From Sphagnum compactum (taxonomy: Eukaryota), in the NCBI GenBank assembly GCA_965153455.1, contig OZ234493.1, positions 2,790,001 through 2,854,000 on the forward strand: 64,000 nt of DNA, in the 5' to 3' direction. Positions 1 through 10,910 of the stretch are shown here, piece by piece. A program made the position numbers and the translations under genes. The notes beneath the pieces were generated by a model, which had not been told where the DNA came from, searched no databases, and saw only the letters and a program-made list of their open reading frames with translations. The number at the start of each line of letters is the position of its first letter. Positions within the stretch are counted from its first letter, which is position 1.

Positions 1-117
1 AAGTTGATCTTGGAACTTGAAAATCTTCATTTTCCTTTCATCCCAAGGACATTTTGTTGACCATCTTAGGAGTTGACTATATACACATCCAAATTAAAGT
101 TGTAACAAAATAAGTAA

Positions 118-355
118 TGGGATAGAAATGTGGTTTTAGATATTCTTCATGCTTGTGTGATTGTTCACAACATGACAACGGATGAAAATAATTAATTTTG
201 ATTGTAATTGTGCTTTCTCAAAGGTAGGCCGGTTGGTTCAAACATGGATTATCATTTGAAAGATTTCACATACATGAAAATGAAAACATAGAATGTCATT
301 GCAAATTGAAGAATTTCATTTTTAGTAGAACTTTTATGGGCTTTCAAGGGTCATG
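118..355 (+). pseudogene. C-terminal remnant of a PIF/Harbinger-type transposase (nuclease)
   Basis: Manual translation gives WDRNVVLDILHACVIVHNMTTDE (118-186) and later H.KLKN..LVELLWAFKG. These match the 'W..IM.AC.ILHNMI.EDE' and 'H..L..DL.EHLW' terminal motifs of plant Harbinger transposases. Stops and frameshifts are present. Confidence 0.6.
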
Positions 356-2274
356 ACCATGTCAGTTGAATGAAATTATGCTAAGGTATGACCTATTACA
401 TATAATTAGCTTGTAGAGCATGTGTTGACTATTGCAATGATGCTCTCTTTTGTCAATTCATAATTTGTGTCAATAATATCACCCACTAAAGTTCCAACGT
501 TGCCCACCAAAGTTGAAACATGTGTGGGATTTGTAATGTTGACCACCAAATTTGTGAAATTTGCAAGAGTTGCAACAATTGTCAAAATGATAGACAATGT
601 CACTCAAGGTCATAAATTTTTAAGTTATTTTGATGTTTGAAGCTTGAATTACTCTTGAGCTTCATTTGTCTACACTTGGTCTTTTAGCAGAATCAATGCA
701 ATGTTAATCCTTACAGATTTATGACTTTTTTAGGATGGCAATTGTCATTTTATTATGGCCTTTGCATGAACTTTTAGTGTTTTGATTTTGGCTAAGTTTT
801 CAAGCTCTCTTAAGTTGTTTTCTTTCCTAGTGTCCTTTCCCCATAGAGTCCCTAGACAATGTCTCAACATCAAGAACTTGATTTTGATCATAGTTTTAAC
901 ACATTTTGTCCCAACATGTGTTTGCATTTTAATTGATTCCTATGAATGGGTATTGCAAGATATGGAGGTACGAACAACAAAGTTGCCATTCTTTTTCCAT
1001 AATAAAATTCTTCCCTTTTTTCCCTGTCATGGGCGTGGAAATGACTCTTTGTTTGTTTGTTGTGAATGCCATCACTACTTTTACTTTCATTGGTGCCACC
1101 ATCAATCCCACTTATAAAGACAATTGTTGGGGTATTGATGGTCAATGTATCTTACACCAAAACAGAGTTAGACAAGGATTTTTTTGATCGAGGCCTACTG
1201 GTCAAATATGGTGGAGTGATTGAGGTGTGAGTTGAATGCAAGCCAAAATGGTTAGCATTGCAAATTGCAAGGACATTTATCACAAATTGTGAAACTTTTT
1301 AAAATGTTTTTAAATTATAATTTCTTTTGGATCCTATATTCTTAAATGTACAATATGCCATGAACATAAGGAGCATGGTATGGAAGATTAATGCATGTAC
1401 AATGCAAAGATAGGCAAAAATAAAACACACAAATGTTAAATACCCACATTGAATTGTGACCCGCCAATGAAAACAAGTTGTGAATTCCATTAACATCTAC
1501 AACAAATACCTTTTATGATTATGTGGAAAATTTTGGGGGCCAATATATCTAATTGCAAAGTACATTTGAAGAAGGGTAAAGAGTACACCCAAGCATTCAA
1601 TTAAATATGTAAACCCATGTAAAATTGTTGCAAGTCTTGACTTAACTTTTGAAATTTTGATCATGATGCAAGAACTAAAACAATTCAGTCAATGGTTTAA
1701 ATCTAAAATTCATCCTCACCAACATGTTTTGTACATGTAGTTGGAGTGTTTAAATGTGTCGGCTAGTAGTTCAATTATAACCTATTTGTGGATTGAATAA
1801 CTTTCAACCAATGTGCCCAAAGTGTGTATGAATGTGAGCATTGAAATAACTCCATGATGTGTGAAAGGCATTTTTATAAAGCATGGGAGTTGTACCTACA
1901 TATGTATCTCATCTAGGTAGCATCATTGGAGGATGATGGCATTTGAAGGGGGGAACACCATGGCATTAAAGCAAGATAGATAATGAATTGGCAAGTATAT
2001 GACATGGCACTATGTCAAATGTATAATAGACATGTCCATGGGCTACAATGTTCCTTATTGCAAACCGGGAAATGATATAAAGTGCAAGGAACATGAATGA
2101 CAATTTGGGAGCATGATGTTCATGTTTTTGGGTGTTTTGGCAATTGTGAAGGGATGTATGTATGTACAAGTTTGATATATGCCACTAACATTGGTGGTGG
2201 GTCAACATATTTAGCCACTCAACAAACACATGATTGAATGACAAAAACATAAAGTGCAAAGTACGAACTCCGCA

Positions 2275-2515
2275 TCAAATTTCGCCAAATTTCAACTTGA
2301 AAATATGATTTCAACCAATAGAAAGGATTTTCTAAGGAAAAATTCCCCAAACTCCCAAGATTTTTTTATAATAAGTTTCAGTAGGTAGCCAAAAATGTAG
2401 AAGGCTTTTTGTTTTTTTCTTACTTTCATATCTAGTATGTAGCCCAATTTGGCTAAATTATTTTCTGGATGATCACCACTTTGACTACATCACAAAATCC
2501 TTAAAAGAAACCCTG
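2275..2515 (+). mobile_element. Fragment of a dispersed hAT-MITE-like repeat family
   Basis: Ends in AAAAGAAACCCTG, like the right TIR of the TSD-flanked MITE at 37225-37576. Its core (TAGCC.AATTTGGCTAA...GGATGATCACCA..TT.GCTACATCACAA) recurs at ~36120-36410 (+) and ~51050-51310 (-). Confidence 0.55.
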
Positions 2516-3542
2516 CTACCTACACAATAACCACTTACAGCCCCCAACTACTTCCGTATTGTACTTACCAACTTACATAGGTAGTTTCTATAGGTTGTGT
2601 GACAGGAAAGTAGGAGGGTTTTACAGGATAGGTTACCAAAATGGAACCTTGATAACACAGTTGTGGTTAGCAATCTACTGACCATGAGGAGACAGTTGAT
2701 CTGTTCAAAGCCCACCTACCTGGCTACCTGATGTCGTCTCCTCACCCTCTCAAGTCCCCTTGAAACCAATCCCCCATTACACAAATCTAGTTTTCGAAAA
2801 CATTTGGCAAATCTGAAGCACTCGAACGTCTCATGCAAGACCAGTGGACAATCAACAGAGGGGTTGTTATATTAGTCCATCCAGACTTCAGACTTTCAGA
2901 TGAGGATTCAAATACTCCAGTTGTGACCATGACTCACATTTGAACACAGTAACCACATACCTCTTCTGTGAATAATCAGCAGAAACTTTATCCAGCCATC
3001 TTGTCATCTGTGATAAAAAAGCAAATAGGTCAAACCCTCACAGTGAAGGTCTGCTACATTTGCTCCAGTTGCTAGAGTGCTTTATGCCTTCGTTTGTAAC
3101 CTTGCCATATAAACATTTGCATGTCATCCAAAAAAAAGCATGTAACTTGTGGCTAACATAAAAGTTGTTCAGATAGCTGGAAGCCCATTATATTTCCCCA
3201 CACATAGCATGCAGACATGACTCCAGTATACTGTATCACAGTAATGCCCTTTCCATCCTTTACCTCACTGCAACCAATGGTTACCTCCACTGTCTGCCAA
3301 CCTGGACCATCTGATTGAGGCTACATGATGAACAACAAAGAAATGCACCATAGGTGTGATGTTCCACTGATAGTACATCCTGCCTGCCTTCTACAAACCC
3401 ATTTACATTGAGCAGATTGCAAAGTTCTTGAACTTAATTCATTCCCACAATTGCACAACATATATGCTATAGGAACAGTTGGTTAACTCAATTCATTCCA
3501 CATCACAAAACACATGCTATTGCAGCAGTGAAATTCCAACCT

Positions 3543-5491
3543 TCAGCTCTTGAGCTTAACATAGATTACCAGCACAATGGCCATGATTAGGACACTGATT
3601 ATGCTCCCCATGATCCACTTGTTCCGATTCATTTGGCGTCCCATAGAATTCAGAATCCGCCGACTCTTACCAATGTTGTCGTCCACACCATGCAGCTGCA
3701 ATCCACATGACTCTTTAAGAACTTGGCACAACTATGTAGCTCCTTGTATTTCAAGAATCAAACCCAAACAACTGTTGCCCAGCTGAAATGAACTTCCTGC
3801 CAATACAATGTCCTGAACTACAGATAGAACTGTGAAAGCTGCCTAATCTTATTCACAATATAACACCGACTATTCCCCACCTGGGCACTTCTGAAAAAGC
3901 TAATTCTTCATGATTGCTTTGTACCAAAACCACAAGAGCACCAAGAGCACCACACATTATCAAGCTCTCATGCTTGAGAAATTCAACCCGAAGAGGAGTA
4001 TGAAGACATACATGCTAAAAAGCCATACAAACAAGTGGGATCTCTAGTGCAGTCAAGTTCATGGAGCATCTTTATAAACTAGGTCACTAACATGCATGAT
4101 CCTAACTGTCAACTCTGTAACAGATCAGCAAAAGCAAAACTGAGGCAGCAGGGTGATTTCAACTAAATAATTACCATTGATAGAAGTTAGAAAATGCAAC
4201 CTACCGTGCTGTGAGCATGTAGCAGTGTTTGACGCTGGGAATGGAGATCCTGGAGGATTGAAACACCAAGCTCCTCTGTTTCTAACAGAGTCCGTTTACT
4301 CTCCTTTATCCGCTCGCCTGATTGATTCAGTCTCTCTGTACTCATCAATATCCTGTTCCTCTGGTCATGTCCTGACTGCAACAGCATACCCAAATTGATT
4401 CATGAGTTTGGACCTATAACAGCTCACTAATTGAGACAGCAACATAGCTAAGTGTCCCAAAAAAAGGCAGGAAGTCCAAAGTTTAGTTGCAGACCGTCAC
4501 ATGCTCACCCATGCCTGACTCCATAAGCTCATCCCTGGAAGCAACAGGATCATGTGCTGATGACGATTTCTTGAAATCCCGCTTCAGGTTGTTCAAGTCA
4601 GACTTGTATTCTCGCAATTTTGCAAGAAGCATGGCTTTCTGTGTTGGTGGTAAGCTTCGTGCTTCAAGGTCCATTCTCCGGATCTATGCAATCAGACATC
4701 CAGTTTGAAGCCCTTGTGATTGCGTCAGACCAATTAGAGAACAAACTGTCCTGAATTCAAGATTAGCATACCTTCAACCTCAAAGGTATCACATACACCA
4801 TGACACACATAAATGAGATCCAGACAAAAAAAGTACCATACCAAAGATTCTGCCTCATCTAGTCCAGTCTTGAGCTCTGAAAGCTTATGCTTCTTCTCTT
4901 CTGCAATTGCACCAAGAAAAAAGAGCATAAGTAACAAGACATGGAAAGAGCAAACTGCCAAACAAGGTTAAATTTTGCAAGAGTACTCAAATTGAGCATT
5001 GAGGAATAAGGGGCTGAGATAGCAAATTGATTGAAGAAACAGACCAAAGTACCTAAGATTCAATCAAAGTGTTAAAACTTGCAATTCATCAACGAAGATC
5101 TGGTAATTGATGCAGAAAGGAACAAGATATCAACTGAAGAGTGACGGTAAAAAGGGAAGAAGAAGAAAATTTCTACAAAAAGAAAAGAAAAAGTCAGTAA
5201 TAGACACAAAAAACCCGGATCAACCATGCTTTTGGACCGAAACCTAAAAATAAGAAAAATTGCCAAAGAGCTAAAACGCAATAACAAACCGAAGGTATCG
5301 GCGAAAGACAGTCCAGAGTGACGAGGCATCCCTGGAAATTATTTCCATCCAAATCCAAGTGATAAAGAAGATGAGGAGAACCACCTATACTACATACCTC
5401 CATGAAGAGACAAAACCGATGCGCACTTGCGGGATAGATTTGCAGAGACCTCACAGTATTGGCGTTCGTAGCCTTCAAAGATCTCGCTCAT
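3543..5491 (-). CDS. VTI1: Vesicle transport Qb-SNARE, VTI11/VTI13-like, 221 aa, 5 exons
   Basis: Exons 5491-5398, 4900-4842, 4683-4495, 4375-4205 and 3695-3543. All introns are GT-AG and phase-consistent. The protein starts MSEIFEGYERQYCE, contains IRRMDLEARSL and the SNARE motif LLETEELGVSILQDLHSQRQTL, and ends in a C-terminal TM anchor (KWIMGSIISVLIMAIVLVIYVKL). Confidence 0.96.
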
Positions 5492-5713
5492 GGCTGCTGC
5501 TGCACACGGAAGATCAGACAAACGGCGAGAAAAAAATGCTAGACCTCGAGCCTTTCGCGTACGCTTGCGTAAACCGTGGTGCTTGGCTCCCTGCACAGGA
5601 AACACCACAAACAACGCGGACTAGAATGCGAAGAAGTCTTGGCTCGCGCTCCGTCTCTCTCTCTTCTCTTCTCTCTCGCGCGCACTTGCTGGGCTCTTCC
5701 GTAAAGAGAGCGG

Positions 5714-6522
5714 GGTCCAATTATTTCCATCCTGGTGGATGACTCTCATCCATCTTCCAAAAGAGAGTAGTACTAGAAGCCTTTGAACGGGTAGATGCAA
5801 TTATTTCTGGGGTCCCTTCCAATCCAATTATTTTCATCCTATTCGATGACTCTCATCCAAATTTAGTGCTAGAATGCCTTTTTAAGGGGTTTGATGCAAT
5901 ATCTCTGTTTATGAGGTCCCGCCAGAATCCAATTTTTTCCGTCCTTGTGGATGGGTCTCATCCATATTCCACACGAAAATAGTGCTGAGAAGCCTTTTAA
6001 CTGGTAGATGTAAATTTTTAGCTGTTTCCGGGGTCCCATCCAATCCAATTATTTTTGTCCTCATCGATGACTCTCATCCATCTTCCACATGAAAATAGTG
6101 CTAGATGCCTTAAATGATAGATGCAATATGGATTCTCTGTGGAGTCCGGTCCAATCCAATTATTTCCATCCTTTTGGATGACTCTCATCCATTTTTCCCA
6201 CACCAAAATAGTGCTGGAAGACCTTAATGCAATCTCTCTGTTACTGAGTTCCACTCCAATCGAATGATTTCCGTCCTTGTCAATGACTCTCATCGATGTT
6301 CCACACAAAAATAGTGCTAGAAGCCTTGAATGGATCGCAGTCTGTTTCTGGGGTGCAGTCCAATCGAATTATTATTTCCATCCTGGTGGATGAATCTCAT
6401 CCATATTCCATACCAAAAAATTAGTGCTAGGAAGAAGCTTTTGAGGGGTTGATGCAATATGGCTGTTGCTGGAGTCTGTTCCAATCCAATTATTTCTGTC
6501 CTAGTTGATGACTGTCATCCAA
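5714..6522. repeat. Degenerate tandem array, 8 units of ~105-118 bp, directly upstream of VTI1
   Basis: The GATGACTCTCATC-like core starts at 5738, 5845, 5950, 6066, 6177, 6282, 6389 and 6507. Units also carry CCAATCCAATTATTT and AAAATAGTGCTAG blocks. Confidence 0.9.
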
Positions 6523-6879
6523 ATTGCAGACAAAGCCCTATGTAACGCACCGACATAATTTCTAAGCGGTGCTTAGTATGTGATCTGCACAGTAATAAAA
6601 ACTGGATGAAGAAAAGTCAAAACATATCGGTTTGGCTCAGGAAAATTGGTTTGGCTCTGCAAACTTGCACAACTTGCCGTGGCTGGTAAAAGGCACAGTT
6701 GCTGCACTCCTGCACAAAAAGAGTGTAATGAGTACGATTCGACTGCTACCCAGTGTTTCTGATTGGCTGATCATAATAATTGGTTCAGATGGTTGCTATC
6801 AATAGTCCCCCCACCTGTTTGTTTGCTCTCCAAGTTTCAGTTTTATGGGTGAGGTTATATATATATATATATATATATA

Positions 6880-7163
6880 GGAAAATTTTAAACTCACACC
6901 TTTTTTGGTTAAATTCACACCCTTCGCGCGTCAGATTTTATGCAGATTATACTTTAAGAGTATGTTCCTTTATCAGTTCAATTACTTCTGCGGGCAAGTT
7001 CTTGAGTTGTGCCCTGATTGACCACAGACCATAGACCACAGACCACAAACCCTAACTGTTTACAGGGGGGTGGGGCAGACACTCAAATTTAATCTGCATA
7101 TAATCGGACGTGCGAAGAAAGGGTGTGAATTTAACCCGAAAAGGTGTGAATTTAAAATTTTCC
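6880..7163. mobile_element. MITE with ~90-bp terminal inverted repeats, in a (TA)n tract
   Basis: Left end GGAAAATTTTAAACTCACACC...TATGCAGATT is the inverse of right end AATCTGCATA...GGTGTGAATTTAAAATTTTCC. TA repeats flank both sides. Confidence 0.85.
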
Positions 7164-7544
7164 TATATATAAGGTAGATAGCAATGTTGAGCGGGTATGA
7201 GAAAAAAAGTGAGAATTAGGCCTTGATCAAATGTGTATTTTAATTTTATTGAAACCCTGGTAGGGTATTTAAGAAAATCGGGGTCATGGTTTCAAAGTTT
7301 AGAATTAATTAAGGTGTCAGGAGGTCAATAGTCAGTAGGGTTTAGTCTTTAGTTGTTTAATCATTTAGTCAATGTTTAGTTAGTACTTAATTTAGGGTTT
7401 AGTTAGGTTTAGGGTTTAGCAAGCAAATGGCAGTGTTTCAAAGCTGCTTACTCATTGTGTGTGACTTTGTCTCACTTTCTTGCATTTTATTTTCTTTCTT
7501 GCTTAACTTAATGTGCTTAATTAGTTAGTTTGCTTAATGTTGTT

Positions 7545-8030
7545 CTGTGTTCCTCTTACTCGACCTATTACTTTGCTCCTCTTCAATGTTCTGTTCCTCT
7601 TGCTTGACCTGCTGCTCCGCTCCTCTTGCTCGACCTATTTCACTTTTCTTACTCGACTTGCTGCTTCGCTCCTCTTGTTCAAATTACTGTTCTGCTCCTC
7701 TTGCTCGACCTGCTGCTCTGCTCCTCATGTTCAACCTGTTGTTCCGCTCTTCTTGCTCGACCTATTGTTCCACTCCTCTTGCTTGACTACTTGTGCTTTT
7801 CTTGCTCAACATGCTGCTCTGCTCCTTTTGCTCGACATGCTACTCCACTCTTCTTGTTCGACCTGTTCCACTCCTCTTGCTCAACCTCTTTACTCAAGTA
7901 TCTTTTTGTTATGCTCATGATTTTGTTGTTCCGCTCTTTTTGCTTGACATCTTTGCTCAAGTACCTTTCTGTTATGCCTATTTTGCTGCTCCTTATTCCT
8001 CTTACTCAACCCTACTGTTCTACTCCTCTT
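7545..8030. repeat. ~26-bp minisatellite inside the hAT 5' region
   Basis: Repeated unit approximately CTCCTCTTGCTCGACCTGTTGTTCCG. It explains the Leu/Cys/Ser-rich spurious ORFs at 7537-8180. Confidence 0.85.
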
Positions 8031-8450
8031 GTTTCAAATTGGTACTTCCCCCCCTTTTCTTTTTTGCAGGTGTGGAATGTGGAGGAATCCAAATTCAAGT
8101 TCTTCAAATTCGAGTTCTTTAGGCCAAACTTGGAAGGTGAGAATTTTTGTGTTCAATTTTTGTTTATTGAGTTTTTTTAATCATCCATGTTTTTGGGAAA
8201 TGGTGGTTGATAATGTGTTTTTTTTTTGTGCATGAACATTTGGACATTATACATTTAATAATTATTTTTACACATTGCATTTCATTTGCACAATTGCATT
8301 GTGTATTTTTTGAGCACATTGCATTTTATTTTTCTTTCAATTGCTTGTAAATGTTTAGGTTGATTTTCATATAACTAGCAGAATATTATTTTGGCAAAAA
8401 ACATTTTATTTCTAATTTCTCCTTTAAGGAAAGTAATATTCTAGTAGAAA

Positions 8451-10910
8451 ATGGGGGAATCAAATCAAAATGAAAATTTTATTTTGATTAAAGAAAATCA
8501 AATAAATGAAAATGAAATGTACATTGAAGAAGATGTGGAAAGAAGAGAAAGTGAAAATGTGCAAATAGAAAATAGCAAAGTTGAAAAAAATGGGGAACAA
8601 ATAATGAAGAAAAATTTGCAAAAATTACATGTTCAAATTTTTTTTTGGAAAGGGCATAATAAAAATTCTTTATGTTGGGCATTTTATTGTGTGAATGATG
8701 GGAAAGAAGTTGAAGTTGCATCCCACCAAATCATGAGATGTATTTTATGTTATGATAATACAATAATATTCTTATTGCAAGAACTAAAGAAAGAAATGGA
8801 CTAATAACTTATTATAAAACTTATGTTATAATTACTCTTAAAAAACATGTAGATGCAAATCATTCTATAATTGTGAAATTTTTTGAAGAAGAAATTAACA
8901 ATGAAATAGTAAGAACTATTGAAAGACAACTTACAAAGAAAAGGCCAAATGTTCCAACAAGTGCAATATCTCTTTTTTTTGTTGTAAAAGAACCTTTCAA
9001 TAAGGATGATGTGCAGCAAAAAGCCTTTTTGCAAGACCTTGGCCTTTTGATTGTGAAAAATAATTTACCATTACAATTTGTTGAAAGTGTATGGTTTAAG
9101 CATTTAATATTACATTTGTCTCTTAGAGTTGTGTTCTTCTCTATAAAAAAATTTCTCAACAAATATTACTTAACTTGGTGGAGAAAACGAAACAATATAT
9201 GTTTTGCCAAAATTAACAGATTGTATTTCTACCACATGAGGCTTTAACTTGTGGATGTCAAAGGGTGCACATGATATATATGCTCGTGTTATAAACTTTT
9301 TGGGATGTGATTGGCAACCCAAACAAGTAACTATTGGTTTGTTTAAGACAACATAAATTACTAGGCAAACTTTAGCTAACAATTTGACAAAATTGTTTGA
9401 TCAATATGGGCTAAGAAACAAAATCATTGCCTATGTTAAGGATGGGGGCTCAAATTTAAATACTATGATAATTGCTTTAAAATCTGTTGTAAAATGTGAA
9501 CTCTTTGGTTTAGATGAAAGTTTTTAGGGTGTTTGTTTTGGCCATGATTTTTCCAAAGCATGCCAATATGCTATTACTAACGAAAAAGTTTGCAAGAATA
9601 TCAAGTTTGTTTCAATCAAATCTGCCCAGTCATATTTGCAAAAATGTATAACTTGGCCTAAAAAATCTAAAAAAGGTAAACAAAAATGGAATTAGGCTTG
9701 TTCAAATTCTAACTTGCCTCTAAGAAAATTAAATACTCCAATGAAGACAAGGTGATTATTTAATCTATTGCAATTTTTTTTCCAAAATTGTCTTTCTTGT
9801 TTCTTATTGATTTGTTCTAGTCAAATTTTCTAACATTGGAATTTTAAATTTGTTTACAAATTTGCCAGCAAAATCATTATGTTTCAAGAAGCCTTACAGT
9901 TCAAGGATGTTATTATTCTTTGTTATAGTAGGCAAAATACTATCAGAATAAGTGGAAGAGTTCTTCCTCTTTTTACATGGCACATCTCTAAGTAATTATG
10001 GACTCCTTATCTCTTGTTGTGATTGCTTATGTTTTGAACCAATCTAAGAGCCACTGGTTACTTTTTGATGCATTATAGTCTGCCATTACTATGTGCTTAA
10101 AATTCAGGGAAGAAACTATAAACCCATCTCCCCCAGTTAGTTTGATTGATGATGATTATGGGATAGCTTTTGAATTATCTTTATTTGCTTCCAACATTAG
10201 AAGAGAATTTTGTAGTGTTTTGGATTCTTTTCTTTCTTTTTTAAGAAAATTTGAAAAAACAAAAACTCACAACATGTTGTCTTTGATGTTAGACCCTAGA
10301 TTCAAAAGCCTTCATCTAGTATTTTTTTTATTGCGTGAAAGGAAGGTGTAAGTATTGTGGATGAATGTGATAGGAGAACTTTATATCCTATGCTTTTGAA
10401 GTGTTATCATCATTTGCATCCAATGACAAAATCTGTTGGATGTGTAGATCAAACATGTGATGAAGATTCTAATTTGAATATTTTTCAATAGACTGCATTC
10501 ACAAGTGAACCATCAAAGGAACTTGTCACCAGGAACCTATTGATTTTCAAACGTTACCAAGTGGATCTCAAAGACATCAAGTGTCCTTTTCAATGGTGGG
10601 GAAAACACGAAGCGATGTTTCCTATAGTTGGGTTTTTGGCTTGTCAAATCTTAGGCATTATAGGGTCACAAATTGAAACAAATTTTTTTTTTCTTTTAGC
10701 GGTCATACTTACAAATCTTAGGAGATGTCATTTACAATAAAAGAACTTAAATTTTTTTATTTTTGTGAGCAAAAATTGTCCAAATGATCCTAGAAATGGA
10801 TGTAAAATGTCTTCCAATTCCGTAGAGTTAATTCAACAAATTTAGGTTTTGAAGAAGATTTAGAAAAATTTGAAGGTTCATTTGAACGAGATGAAATAAT
10901 GGACATATAA
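8451..10910 (+). pseudogene. hAT transposase pseudogene (BED finger, DDE core, C-terminal dimerisation domain)
   Basis: BED-like CWAFY..MRCILCY..LKKHVDANH, followed by LIVKNNLPLQFVESVWF, LWMSKGAHD, LMLDPRFKSL and WWGKHEAMFPIVGFLACQILGIIGSQIET. Many stops and frameshifts. Probable intron at 9752-9859. Confidence 0.85.

Noticed and set aside
5714..6522. CRISPR-like repeat-spacer array
   Set aside because: The units are homologous along their whole length with no unique spacers, the repeats are degenerate, no cas genes are present and the context is eukaryotic.
7338..7420. Interstitial telomere (also near 15976, 16275, 18685 and 60610)
   Set aside because: Only 2-4 imperfect TTTAGGG units at each site; too short to call a telomeric array.
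7537..8180. Overlapping Leu/Cys-rich ORFs of 79-184 aa
   Set aside because: Artefacts of a 26-bp CT-rich minisatellite.
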